A DNA stretch of 64,000 nucleotides from Thecamonas trahens ATCC 50062. Lineage: Eukaryota > Protista > Apusomonadida. The DNA lies in NCBI RefSeq assembly GCF_000142905.1, contig NW_013657679.1, positions 2,657-66,656 of the forward strand, in the 5' to 3' direction. The position numbers were made by a program, and so were the translations under genes. Positions 11,443 to 23,253 of this stretch are shown piece after piece; position 1 is the stretch's first letter, and the number at the start of each line of letters is the position of its first letter. The notes below the pieces were generated by a model, which was not told the DNA's origin, made no database searches, and was given only the letters and a program-made list of their open reading frames with translations.

Positions 11443-13041
11443 ATGACGGTACGGGGAGACTTGAGCGGCTGGGCGACGAGCCGGATGGCCATGGAGGGCG
11501 CATGACTCACAACAAACCAACAACACGTGTGTTTTGTTACATGACCGGCGTGTGTGTGGGGGGGGGGGGGGACGGGGTGTCCTGCGGATGTCGGTTGCTC
11601 ATGCACGGTGCGGAGTAGCAAAAAACCGGCGTGCTCCAAAAGTCCAACTCGAAGAAAAAGGGGTGGAAAAAGCGATATGTGGTTGTTGTCGGGCACGAGG
11701 TAACATGGTACAAAAAGGTGACTGCCAAGAGGCCCGAGGGGGTCTTGCTCCTCACCGATTACACGCCCGTGGCTGAGAATGATCTCGGCTCCAAAAAAGG
11801 ACGCAGGCTGCGGGCTTGCGCTCGTCTACAACGGCCACTCATCTACGGGCGAGTCGCACTGGTTTCTGGCTTCGAATCCAGCCGAGCGTGACGACTGGCT
11901 CAAGGTCCTCTCCGACGCCGCTGTGGCCTCGGACGCTGACACCACCCTGCTGTCGACGCCGGTCCTCCCCCATCGGACCGACCTCCACTCGCCGGCATCG
12001 GCCGCCTCGTTCTCGTCGATTGCCTCGTCGTGCGACGACGACAGTGCCGTGGGCACCACTACAGGCGCGTACGTAGGCCTTCCAACAGGCCTCCCACCGC
12101 AGATCTCGGGCGCGGCCGCCTCGGATACGGCCGGCGAGTCTGCGAGCTCAGCCGCCGCAGCAGCACCTCCCGCCGCTAATGACAGCGGCAACGGCTTTGG
12201 TGACGGCTTTGGTGACGGCTTTGGCGATGGCCTGGCTGACATCATTGCAGCATCCAACGCGGCTGTGCCTGTCACACCCACCCCGCCGGCGATCACCACC
12301 AGTGAGCCGCCGGCCGAGACTGCACCGCTGGTCGAGGCCGCGCCGCCAGCCGAGACTGCACCGCCGGTCGAGGCTGCGCCGCCAGCCGAGACTGCACCGC
12401 CGGCCGAAACCGCACCGCCAGCCAAGACTACGCCGGCTACTCCGGCACCGCCGCCGCCAGACGCAGACCGTTACACGCTCTCGCCGCCATCATCGCCGAC
12501 GAGGACCCGAATGACGCGGTCTCTGTCGACGGCCGAGCTGGTGGCCGGCGGCGCAGCGGTGGTGGCCGGCGGCGCAGCGGTGGCGACTACCGATGCTGAC
12601 GACACGCTGGTTGACGAACTGGCCGCGCAGCTTGCGCCGCTGCTCGCCACCTTTAACGCTGAACTCGGCCGGTTGCTAGCAGTCGTCGCCGGCCGTGATT
12701 GCAACGCACTTGTCGCCTCGCTCGCAGCGCTGGTCCGGACGATGAAGGCCATCAAATCAGTGGTGCCGCCCGAGATCTTAGCCACCGCCACCACTCCCGA
12801 GAATCGCGGCGAGGTGCCAGCCGCGGGATCCCGCACAAGCGGCGGCGGTGCGTCGGCAGCAGCAGCCTCGCTTCTCCATCTCGCGTCCGAGCTCATCAAG
12901 AGAGCCAAAACCATGCTCGCCTCCCAGCTCGTTGCCGACTCGCACTGGCTTGAGTTTGCCAACACGCTCATTGCTTTTGCCATCCAAGTCCACATCATTG
13001 TCCGCGCCGCAGTTCCGCGCGGTGAGCCCAAGGACTTGTAG
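11443..13041 (+). CDS. PH-domain protein with Pro/Ala-rich linker and C-terminal helical bundle (intron 11449..11618; frameshift at ~11795)
   Basis: ATG ACG|gtacgg...gagtag|CAA gives MTQKTGVLQKSNSKKKGWKKRYVVV (PH beta1-2). The PH C-terminal helix FLASNPAERDDWLKVL is in another frame and joins if one A is removed from A6 at 11793-11798. AETAPP repeats lie in the linker. Confidence 0.75.
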
Positions 13042-13132
13042 CAGCGGCGTAAAAGAATGAGGCAAAAGTGGGTTTCGGCTTTGATCGCACGCTGCTACGG
13101 GTGTGTGTGGTGGGAGAGGGAGGAGGATAAGG

Positions 13133-16107
13133 TTAGGCCGAGAGAGCGGCGTTGGCGGCAGCGACAACGGCGTCGATGTCGACCGGGGCGTCGGCAGGCG
13201 ACGGGGCCGAGCCCTGGGCCGACGTCGGCTTGCCGCCACCGCGACCGCCGGCGGCATCGTTGATGGCAGCGACGACAGCCTTGGCGGTGACGGCCGCGCC
13301 CTTGGGCGTGGTGGCCATGTACTCAACCTTGCCGGTTGCGCCGGCGTTGATGATGACGACCGAGGCCTTGGGAAGAGCCGAGGCGTAGGCCTTCATAACC
13401 TTAGCGAGGCCCTTCTTGACGTCGCCGAGGTCGAGGACCTGGACAACAACGCCGCCCTCGGCGAGGTCGGGCGAGTCGGCGGCGAGCGCGGCGGCCGACT
13501 CGATGGCCGCATCGACGAGAACCTGGGCCTTGGCCTTGCGGAAGGCGACAACACGGGAGACAAGCTCGTCGATGGTGGCCAAGAGGGCGGCCTTGTCGCC
13601 GACAGCGAGCTTGGCGGTCGTCACCGAGGTCTTGACCGGCGGCAGGGCGCCGACGAGCTGCTCGTCGGGGAGGGCGGTGAGGGCGGTGACCTCGTTGCGC
13701 CAGTGGGCGGCAAGGCCGATGGCCTCGCGGGCGGCATCGCCGGTGACAGCCACCATGCGGCGAGTTCCGCCGCCAACCGACTCCTCCGAGAGGACGGCAA
13801 AGGCCTCGGCCTCGCCCGAGTTGGAGAGGTGTGTGCCGCCGCAGAGCTCGATGGCGTACGCTGGCCACTGGTCAGAATCGGGGTTGGCAAGCAGCTCGTC
13901 GACGGCGACGCCGACCGAGACAACGCGGACTTCAGACGGGTACGTCTCGCCAAACACCTGCTGGAGGCCGTTGATGTTGGTCGCGTCCTCGAGCGGGACA
14001 ACCTTCGCGTAGACCGGGAGCTTGCCGACAATGATCTTGCGGACGTGGTCCTCGATGGCGGTGACCTGTGCCACCTCGATCCGCGAGTTGTGCGAAAAGT
14101 CAAAGCGGAGCTTGTCCTCGTCGACGAGCGAGCCGCGCTGGCCGACGTGGTCGCCGAGCACCGCGCGCAGCGCGTGGTTCAGCAGATGCGTCGCCGTGTG
14201 GTTCGCGCGGATGGGCGACCGGCGCGCGGCGTCGCGGAGAAGCCACACCTCGGCGCCGGCAGTGAGCGCGTCGGCCGGTGCGCCCTCGACCAGGCGGCCA
14301 AAGTGGACGACCGCGCCGGCGTACGCCTGGCAGTTGAAGATCGAGAGCACCGGGACGGCGTCGTCGGCGGTCGCGCCCACCGCGAGCGTGCCCGAGTCGT
14401 AGATCTGGCCGCCACCCTCGGCGTAAAAGTTGGTCGTCGTGGTCATGATGCCAAAAACGGTGCCGGCCGCCGTGCCGGCGGCCACAGCCTCGACAAACGT
14501 CCGCTCGTCGTAGTTGTACACGCCCACAACCTCAGTCGCGTGCTCGTCGCAGTCGTCGTCAAACTTAGCCGAGTCGTCGGTCGAGCCGCGCGAGGTGAAC
14601 CCGTCGACAGCCTGCGTCTCGAGCACAATGCCCGTCGCCGACTTGGCCGACCGCGACCGCTCCACAGCCGCCAGCCGCTCGGCCTCGTACCGCTCCCAGT
14701 CGATGGTCAGGCCACGCTCCTCAGCCATGAGCTCGGTGAGGTCGGTCGGGAACCCGTACGTGTCGTACAGCTGGAAGACAACCTTGCCCGCGAGCTTGCC
14801 GTCGGTCGACGCCTCGGCAAACTTCTTGAACAGCTGCACGCCGCGGTCGAGCGTCCGCCCAAACTTGACCTCCTCGGCAGTGATGACCTCCACCACCAGG
14901 TCGCGCTTGGCCGCAATCTCCGGGAAGGCCTCGCCAAAGTTGGCAATGACCACGTCCACAAGCTCGTGGAGCGAGCCGAGCGAGCCGCCGAGCTTCTCCG
15001 AAACATACCGGATCGCCCGCCGGAGCACACGCCGCACCACGTACCCGCGCCCGTTGTTCGACGGCAGTCCGCCGTCGGCAATCGAGAACGTTAGCATCCG
15101 CACGTGGTCCGCCACAACACGGTACGCCATGTCGATCTTGTCCACGTCCTCGTCGCCCACGAGTCCGGTGTACTCGCGCGCGCCAGTAACCTCGCGGATC
15201 GCGTCAAAGATCGGCGTGAACAGATCGGTGTCGTAGTTGGACATCTTGTTCTGCAGGACAGAGACAATGCGCTCGAGACCGGCGCCAGTGTCCACGTGCT
15301 GGTTCGGCAGCGTCACAAGCCCGTCGGTCGTCCGCTCGTACTGCATGAACACAAGGTTCCAGATCTCGAGCACCTCCGGCACATCCATGTTGACAAGGTG
15401 CGCCGCGTTGCGCCCGCCAATCCGGTCGTAGTGCAGCTCGGAGCACGGCCCGCACGGCCCGGTCTCGCCCATCTCCCAAAAGTTGTCCTTCATGTTGCCC
15501 GGGAGCACGTGGTCCTCCGGAAGGTACCGGAGCCAAATGTCGCGCGCCTCGAGGTCAGGTTCCAGCCCGGCCTCCTCGTCGCCGCCAAAGTACGTCGCGT
15601 ACAGCCGGTCCGCCTCGATTCCGAACACAGACGTCAGCAGCTCCCACGCCATGTCGATGGCCTCGGACTTGAAGTAGTCGCCAAACGACCAGTTGCCGAG
15701 CATCTCGAAAAACGTGTGGTGATACACATCCTTGCCCACATCCTCGAGATCGTTGTGCTTGCCACCGGCACGGATGCACTTTTGCGAGTTGGCCGCGCTC
15801 TTCAGCTGCGCCATCGCAGAGAGCGGGTCAGCACGGCCCACAAAAATGGGCTTGAACTGGTTCATGCCGGCGTTGGTGAACAGGAGCGTCGGGTCGTTGA
15901 GCGGGACGACCTGTTGGGGGGAGGGGGGGGGGGGGGGGACCAAAGGTGGGGAAGGGGGGGACGGGGGACGGGGGGAGGGAGGACGGGAGGACATACCGAA
16001 GACGACGGCACAAAGGTGTGGCCATACTTGGAGGTGAAGAACTTGATGAACGTCTCCCGGACATCCTTGCCCGACGTCGACGGGAGCGTGATCTTGGTGT
16101 CCGACAT
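13133..16107 (-). CDS. AARS: Alanyl-tRNA synthetase (intron 15911..15996)
   Basis: DPTLLFTNAGMNQFK, HHTFFEMLGNWSFGDYFK, editing motifs HTATH and ELCGGTH, C-terminal GGRGGGK. The GT-AG intron joins ...VPSSS|VVPLND in frame. Confidence 0.97.
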
Positions 16108-16474
16108 GGAGAGAGTAAAAGAGAAGGGGGTGGCGTGGAACAGCTGCCGGCGACAACCGCAGCTCGGTCGAAGCCGTCGAGGAATTGGCCAGACTCACCA
16201 GTCAATTGATGGCTTCGATGACGCCGATGGCGGGCAAGAGAACGCTATCGCTATGCGAGAGGGAAAGATAGAGGATAACTACAGCATAGCATAGCTGGGG
16301 TGGAGGGAGGGAAACGAGCGAGAATGGGGTGGCGGAGGAGGGGAGGGGGCAGGGAGGAGAGGGGGGAGAGGGCAAGAGCTACATTTCGGTCGCCGACGAA
16401 CTGACGAGCTCAACCGAGCGGAGAGGGAGGGAGGGACGGGAAAGGAAGCGACCACGTCCGCTGCTTAGGCTTCT

Positions 16475-17339
16475 TTACATCTGCTCAATGCGGTGCGGCT
16501 TGCGGCCCTTGAACGAGGCAACCTCGAGGTGGGAAACGAGGGTGTAGAGCTTGTGCTCGGCCTCGTCGTCGTTGTTGCGCTGGCGGGTGAGGAGGATGCG
16601 GACGCGGCCAGGCGGGGCACGGATACCCTTGGACCAGACGAACTTGTTAAGCGAGTCCTCAATGCGGATGTCCGGGGTGCCGGTCATCTTGCGGGCAAAC
16701 TCACGGATGGCCTTGATGGCCTTCGGTGCCTTGCGCTTGTTGGCAATCTTGTAGGTGGCCTTGCGGAGGTTGACAGTGGCCTCCCACTGGCACTCATCGG
16801 GAGCGCGGTCCTTCTTCTCCTGCTTAGCACGCACCTATACCCATGCCCCCCGTTGTGTGCTGGTAAGTCATGCCGCCTCTCCCAGGGCAAGGCGCCTGCT
16901 CTTCATCCTTTCCTCCCCCCCCCCCAGACTGCCGCCGCCGATGCCGATGGATTCATACAAAAACAGACAGAAAATGCTCCCCGTCTGGCGCCTCTCACAC
17001 CGCGCCATAGCACAGGCCACGGCCACCACACACACAAGCGATGCGCACGCAACGCAGGCAGGGTGGTAGCTGCCTTTCGTTGTCGCAGCTACCTGTGCCC
17101 ACCGCCCACGACTCCAGATGTGCGCCGCCGCTGCCGGACAAAGATGCGCAAAATAGCCAATCGCCGCCGGCTCGCCCACCACCTCCCCGCCCTCAAGCAC
17201 ACGCCAGCAGCTAGCCTCGGGACGGAAACAGGCTTGCACATGCCACAAGGGCAACCATGCCTGCCGTGCTCTCGCTCCACCTAGGCTGTGCCTTTGCTGC
17301 TACCCGCCATTGCCACCTTCAAGCCCTCCATCGTACCAT
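16475..17339 (-). CDS. RPL31: 60S ribosomal protein L31 (eL31); ATG-only first exon 17337..17339, intron 16835..17336
   Basis: KRKAPKAIKAIREFARKMTGTPDIRIEDSLNKFVWSKGIRAPPGRVRI is the eL31 signature. The acceptor lies just before GTG 16834 and the ATG|gtacga donor is at 17336; exon 1 assignment is inferred. Confidence 0.93.
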
Positions 17340-17689
17340 TGTGTTTGTCGAGAGATCTGTTGCCTCGTTTGCTACAATCAATCAATCGATGACAGTGACA
17401 CGCCTAATTCCAAACTCGACTCGACCGAATCGGCCCAACCAACCGAATCAGTCTGCCGCGCCGGCTGACGGTTGGCGGCAGGCAGTGCGAGATGCAGCCC
17501 GGCCCGGCCGACGAGTCGCAAACCACGACCTGACTTTCGACCGCGACATACGGTCGGTCATGGTACGCCCAGCTGTGATGGTGAGGGTGACGAGAGGAGC
17601 GGCTTTGGGAGAGGAAAGATGTGCATGTACTCACTAGTCTCTTGGGTTGGGTCGTGCAGTCGTCAAGGAAGCGGGAACGGAGTACGTCC

Positions 17690-18832
17690 ATGGATGGTGA
17701 TGACGACGCGGTAAGTAGAAACGAAGCCAGACAAGGGCACACAACACACACATGCTCAGTACATCCACACACACTCTCTCACACACACTCTCTCTCTTTC
17801 TCTCTCTCTCTTGCATACTTACACATACTCATACACATCTTGCCGTCACAGTCACCACCAAAGAGAAGCAGGCACTTGCGCAGCGAGCTTCAGCTCGAGT
17901 CGGACGACGCGCCGGTCGGGTCGATGTCGTCGCGGGCAAGCACAGCGCACGGGGTTGTGGGCATGGGCTCGCACCAGCGGCGGGTGGTGGAGAGTGACAA
18001 GGACGAAGGCGAGTCGAGCGACGATGCGGGCGAAACACAGATGCGGGCTACCCAGTCGACGATGATGACGCAGTTTTCGCAGATGACGCCGGCCAGGGAG
18101 GCGGCCGCCATGGAGAACGTCGACGAGCTGACGCTCAACGAGGACGTGGCCAAGGCGGTCCAATGGATGCTCAACTTACCCAACTCATCGATCACCAAGA
18201 CCAACATGAAGAAGCGCATCTTTGCCGAGAACCGCAGGCTCAACAAGGGCTACACCTCCGTGGTCTTCAACATGGCCGCCGCCAAGGTCAACCACTTGTT
18301 CGGGTTCAAGGTCCAGACCTGCGACGAGCGCAGTAATAAGCGGTACTTTCTGGTCAACAGTTTCCCGCCTGCAGTCACACACGGCATCGTGCGTGACTAC
18401 GTCCTCCGTGGCAAGATCGGCGGCTACCTTGCGCTCGCCGCCATGTTCATCCATCTCTCGCCGCGCGACACCATGCACGAGAACGAGCTGCAGAAGAACT
18501 TTGCCCTCATGGGCAGGAGAGACTGGAAATCCATCTGCGAAACCATGATTGCTCCACTCGTCGCCCAGCACTACCTGGCCAAGTCTAAGGACGGCGAGAG
18601 CCTGTTGTACGCTATCGGCCCGCGTCTCCGTCTCTTGCTCGGCGACGATGACGAGGAGTGCGCCGCCTCGCTCAAGTCCTTCCTTGCCGTTGTTGAGGGC
18701 CGCACCGACGACGAGTCCGGCGACGGCGACGGCGACAGCGATGGCGACGGCAACGGCGGCGCCAGTGCTTCCTCGCCGGCCGTCGACACACCATCGCGCC
18801 GCCCAACACGCACAACACGTCCACATGTGTAA
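17690..18832 (+). CDS. NSE3: MAGE-domain protein, NSE3-like SMC5/6 subunit (intron 17711..17851)
   Basis: MAGE homology pattern VFNMAAAKVNHLFGFKV..RYFLVNS..LVAQHYL..YAIGPR. In-frame gtaagt...cacag intron. Confidence 0.8.
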   Translation: MDGDDDAVSRNEARQGHTTHTCSVHPHTLSHTHSLSFSLSLAYLHILIHILPSQSPPKRSRHLRSELQLESDDAPVGSMSSRASTAHGVVGMGSHQRRVVESDKDEGESSDDAGETQMRATQSTMMTQFSQMTPAREAAAMENVDELTLNEDVAKAVQWMLNLPNSSITKTNMKKRIFAENRRLNKGYTSVVFNMAAAKVNHLFGFKVQTCDERSNKRYFLVNSFPPAVTHGIVRDYVLRGKIGGYLALAAMFIHLSPRDTMHENELQKNFALMGRRDWKSICETMIAPLVAQHYLAKSKDGESLLYAIGPRLRLLLGDDDEECAASLKSFLAVVEGRTDDESGDGDGDSDGDGNGGASASSPAVDTPSRRPTRTTRPHV

Positions 18833-18914
18833 TTAAACTGCAAGAGCAGGTTGTTGCAGAGATGGTGAAGAGCGCCCTGGGAGGATGAACGCGATGGAGG
18901 GTGGCCAGGCAAGC

Positions 18915-18922
18915 AAAAAAAA
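18915..18922 (-). terminator. Pol III poly(T) terminator of the tRNA
   Basis: T8 run on the minus strand 4 nt downstream of the tRNA 3' end. Confidence 0.8.
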
Positions 18923-18926
18923 TCGT

Positions 18927-19007
18927 TGAAGGCTACGGGATTCGAACCCGCGAATCTTTCGAAACAGGACTTGAGTCTGTCGCCTTTGACCGCTCGGCAA
19001 AGCCTTC
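18927..19007 (-). tRNA. tRNA-Leu(CAA), intronless
   Basis: Acceptor stem GAAGGCT/AGCCTTC with discriminator A, D-arm GCCGAGCGGTCAAAGGC, anticodon loop CTCAAGT, extended variable arm, T-loop GGTTCGAATCC. Confidence 0.93.
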
Positions 19008-19199
19008 ATCAGATAAGATTGCGATTTTTTTGGCCTCATATACTGGCTATCGCATTGCGAACGGTCTCTGCACGTCTTCTCGCCGCTACTCATTGCCACA
19101 GGCTGCATCCGCGCCAATCTTCGCCGCTCATCTCTGCTACCACTCGTAACCGCTATTTGCGAGGCTGGAGCGGCATCGCCCGCGTGGCTCGACTCACTT

Positions 19200-19539
19200 N
19201 NNNNNNNNNNNNNNNNNNNNNNNNNNNNNNNNNNNNNNNNNNNNNNNNNNNNNNNNNNNNNNNNNNNNNNNNNNNNNNNNNNNNNNNNNNNNNNNNNNNN
19301 NNNNNNNNNNNNNNNNNNNNNNNNNNNNNNNNNNNNNNNNNNNNNNNNNNNNNNNNNNNNNNNNNNNNNNNNNNNNNNNNNNNNNNNNNNNNNNNNNNNN
19401 NNNNNNNNNNNNNNNNNNNNNNNNNNNNNNNNNNNNNNNNNNNNNNNNNNNNNNNNNNNNNNNNNNNNNNNNNNNNNNNNNNNNNNNNNNNNNNNNNNNN
19501 NNNNNNNNNNNNNNNNNNNNNNNNNNNNNNNNNNNNNNN
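19200..19539. other. Assembly gap (N run)
   Basis: Run of N. Confidence 1.
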
Positions 19540-20049
19540 AAACTGGGGCGCGCAAAATCACACACAATGAATAGGCTTGTCACCCAAAAATCCCCCCGTT
19601 CTGCGGGACACTCCCTCTTTGCCTGTGTCGTGGTCCACTCCCCCCCATCATTCGCGGTCGTTTGACGAACAAGTACACCGTTGGTGTTCCGTGGGAAAAA
19701 AAACCTTTTTTAAAAAACCACCCCCCCTTTCGCCTGGGCCCCCCCCCCCCCCCCCACCACACACACACACATACATACATCGTTCAACTGCCTCTTCCAT
19801 TCTCTCTGCCATATGTCGTGTTACGTTTGTGCTTGCGCTTGCGCCTGCACTTGCGCTTGCCCTAGCCCAGACTTCAGCAGGGAAAGGAAGGAGGGTAGAC
19901 AGGCGAGGACGACAAGTGGCGCAAGGTGTCACCGTCGGCGTCTGCCTCTGCCCCCGCCTCAATGTGTTCTACCGGGGATCGGAAGGCGCCGGGTGGGGCG
20001 CCAGATCAGGAGGATGAGGCGTGCTCTGCTGGAGCGTGCTTTAACAACG

Positions 20050-21078
20050 TCACGACTGGATGGCCTCGGTGGCATAGACGCGAGTGAACGACTGGTGGAC
20101 GTAGGAGCGGAGCTGGAGGGCGTAGTTGTTGACGTTGGACGAGGCGAGCAGAGCCTCGAGGCGCGACGAGACGTCCGGCAGCGAGCCAAAGCGCTTGTGG
20201 ATGTCGGTCTCGGGAATGGGCGCCTCGCCGTCGGCGCGGCGGGCCTCGTTCTCGGCGCGGCGGCGCTTGAGCTGCTCGTCGCGATGGGCGACGCGGTTCT
20301 TGAAGTAGATGTAGTTGCCCTGGCCCTGGTTGAAGGTGTCGATGGCTTCGAGGAGGTACTCCATGTTCTTCTCGAGGAAGACAGCCGACTCGAGGTCGAA
20401 GCGGTCAAAGACCACGTCGTCGACGTTCTGGAACGAGTCCTGCATCTCGAGCAGGAAGGCGTTGACCAGCGGCGAGTTGTAGATGCGGATCGGCCGCTCG
20501 GTGTAGATGTCCCGGAACGACAGGTCCGAGTCCAGCAGGTCGTCGGCAGAGAACTTCTTGCCCTTGAACAGCGTCATGAACGCCTCGGTCAGCTGGAAGG
20601 CCCGGAGGCAGACAGAGCCCTTGCGGGTCCGCAGCGGATCGTACACAATGAGCACCGCGCCCGGGTTCGCCGTCTGGTAGTCAAACTGCGTAATGATGCT
20701 CTGCGTCAGGTTCGACCCGATAATCGACGTCGTGTACCACCCCACAGCGTTGGCGTCCACGTTGACGAGCTTGAGAAAGTGCATGGTCTTGTTGACAAAC
20801 TCGCCGAGGTCCGTCCGCCGCGTCCCCAGCATCTCCTTGAGCGCGTTCCGCCGCTGATGCCGCGAGTACCGCGACTGGAAAATAGAGTCCTCCTCCTCGT
20901 CGTCCTCGTGCGGGAACGGGAAGCAGTTGGTCACCTCGAGCGTAGCCTCCACGTCCAGCCCCAGCAGCTGTCCCCCAGCCAGCCGCGGGAGCGACTCCTG
21001 GCAATGCCGAATGATCTTAAGCGCAGCAAGGGCGTCCATTTGGACAACCTCCGGAACAACAGCAGCAGATGCAGACAT
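20050..21078 (-). CDS. EIF3H: Translation initiation factor 3 subunit H (MPN domain)
   Basis: VQMDALAALKIIRHC..GQLLGLD..LEVTNCFPFP..VNVDANAVGWY..YDPLRT..LRAFQLT; C-terminal RRRAENEARRADGEAPIPE and SRLEALL. Confidence 0.93.
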   Translation of the reverse strand: MSASAAVVPEVVQMDALAALKIIRHCQESLPRLAGGQLLGLDVEATLEVTNCFPFPHEDDEEEDSIFQSRYSRHQRRNALKEMLGTRRTDLGEFVNKTMHFLKLVNVDANAVGWYTTSIIGSNLTQSIITQFDYQTANPGAVLIVYDPLRTRKGSVCLRAFQLTEAFMTLFKGKKFSADDLLDSDLSFRDIYTERPIRIYNSPLVNAFLLEMQDSFQNVDDVVFDRFDLESAVFLEKNMEYLLEAIDTFNQGQGNYIYFKNRVAHRDEQLKRRRAENEARRADGEAPIPETDIHKRFGSLPDVSSRLEALLASSNVNNYALQLRSYVHQSFTRVYATEAIQS

Positions 21079-21678
21079 CCTCCCACTTATCCTTTGCTCT
21101 CTATCCTCACTGTCAGTCTCCCCACCCCTACCGCCCATACCGCCCCCCCCCCCTTCCACTCCCTGCCTCTCTCCCATCCCTTGATTATTTGCCTTCCACC
21201 CGCTGCCCTCCCCCTGGCAACCCTACCATGGCTTCCACCGCCCAGCACACCATCCCCCTCTGTCGCCTCTTCACTCGAGTAACCTTCTCTCGCCATGCTA
21301 CCCTTGCTCCCTCACACGCCCAACTCCTCTGTCGCTCTCGTACCTCGCAACAAGACCAAGTGGTGTGTGTGCGTCGCCCGGTCGAACGAGTCGGCGTCGG
21401 ATCGACAGCAACTCGCCGCCCACCCACTCGCCGCCGAGGTTAAACGAGCCTGGCTCCAACGACCCACTTGCCAAGCAAACACCACCAGCCTCCTCCTCCA
21501 CCAACATCACCAACATCATCAACATCATCATCATCGCCGTCATCGTTATCCAACATGTAACCTTTGTCTATCCTTTGCCGAGAGCCGCTCTCGGCTAAGC
21601 CTGATGCTATGGTTGAGCTTTACCATACGACCACGACCACGACCACGACCACATCTGGCACCTTGGCACCTTGGCAGC

Positions 21679-22679
21679 TTAGGAAGAGTACTCGTCAGAG
21701 TCCGAGTCCGAGTCCGAGACCGTGGTGAGCGAGGCCGTCGACGGCACCGGCTGCTTGGCCTTCTTGGACGTCTTCTTGGACGTCTTCTTGGACGCCTTCT
21801 TGGATGCAGAAGTGGACGACTTCTTGGACGCCTTCTTGACCGGTGCGGGCTTGCCCTTGCTCGCCCCCTTCTTGGACGACTTCTTCGCCGCCTTCTTCTC
21901 GATGGCCGCCATCTTGGCCGACCCGACCATGTGCAGCTTGCCGTCGATAAAGTCGATCGACGCCTGGGTGGCAAACAGCGGCGAGTGCCGCGGGATGGGC
22001 AGGAACTGGAAGAGCACGTTGACGCAGCCCCAAACAAACGAGACAACTGCAGTCACAAGCGCAAAGTCCTCCTCGCCCAGCGCGAGCGCGCCGAGGAAGA
22101 TGAGCAGGACGCCCATGCCAAAGTAGTCGCGGATGCAACCGCCAAACGTGTAGAACAGCATCGGCCGCACAAACTCGGACGAGATGATGATCAGGCAGAA
22201 GAGCCTGCCGTACTCCATCAACATCCACATACCCCACCTCGCCGTAAGTATCACATTCCACACCTACCTCCCCAAACCCCTCACAATCACACCATTGCCA
22301 CCGCTTTCACCTACACCAGAAACACGCCGACCACCACACTGCGGATCTCCTCCGCCGGAATGATCAGCTCGATCACCGCATACGTTCCGATCAGAATCGC
22401 TGCAAGCCCAACCCAAGAGCCCCACCCGCCATTCACATCGTGAGTATCAAGCCATCCTCCCTCCTCGCCCCCCCCCTCAAAAAAAAACAAGCGCTTTCAA
22501 CCATTTCGTTTGCCCAACAGCTTCCCGCCCTCCCGCCGCTCTGGCCCGACGTGGTCCCAGCCGCTACTGGCCGGTCTCTTGCTTGCCACACTGACTGCAA
22601 CCATACCCACAGCAATGTTCATGACAGCAATGATGATGTTAAGCACATTGCCCAGCTTGGTCTCGTTGTTCACGGCCAT
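21679..22679 (-). CDS. COPI-associated/TVP15-like multipass Golgi membrane protein with Lys-rich tail (introns 22400..22606 and 22205..~22314)
   Basis: The spliced product reads MAVNNETKLGNVLNIIIAVMNIAV-AILIGTYAVIELI..VVGVFLV-LFCLIIISSE..FGGCIRDYFGMGVLLIFLG, about four TM helices. Both introns are GT-AG and keep frame. Confidence 0.65.
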
Positions 22680-23253
22680 GTTTGCCTTGTCCAAGTTGGG
22701 TGTTCCCCGCACTCACCGCCAAACAGCCAACAGCAGCCGAACCTCTGTCCCTCACCCACAGCCACACAACTCCTCCAGTCCATCTGATCGACTACTGATG
22801 ACACAAGTTCCATAGGCAGACCATCACAATATGAACAACCGACATCATCCCCTTCCTCCCCTCCTCCACACTCTACACCCATCGCCATCGTCCAGTCATA
22901 TTGACCTGCCACAATCACGCACGACAGGCAGGCAGGCTGCTCCTACTTTGCTGCTCTAGTTCAGCTTCACCTGCTCGTCCACCCAAGATCGTACGGATCG
23001 GCCCATCTACCCGCCATCTACCCATCATTTACCCATCAGCAAGCCTGCCCAGGCCGGCCAGTCTGCCAGCCCGCCCGCCTGCTGACACGCCGCTCTTGCC
23101 AGGCGACAGCTGCTGACACTGCCACTTGGCCTCTCCCCCCTTCCACGTAGCCACACCCGACTACCTCCCCCCACCCCCAACACCCAACACCCAACACCCA
23201 ACCCCTACCTCCTCCCCTTCTACACATATATCTGCCACACTCCTTCGCCCGGC

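Noticed and set aside
11791-11800. A_AAA_AAG slippery heptamer as a programmed frameshift
   Set aside because: That motif drives -1 shifts but a +1 correction is needed here; a homopolymer overcall is simpler.
13103-15094. 663-aa plus-strand ORF antisense to AlaRS (similarly 19813..21282, 25537..26784 and 29718..31382)
   Set aside because: These are shadow ORFs produced by the high-GC3 codon bias of the real gene on the opposite strand, with no motifs of their own.
16108-16390. Possible upstream exons giving AlaRS a mitochondrial presequence
   Set aside because: Donor-like sites exist (e.g. gtgagt at 16198), but I could not assemble an in-frame ATG-started extension.
18833-19583. ORFs spanning N gaps (also 39508..40534)
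   Set aside because: They are open only because Ns contain no stop codons.
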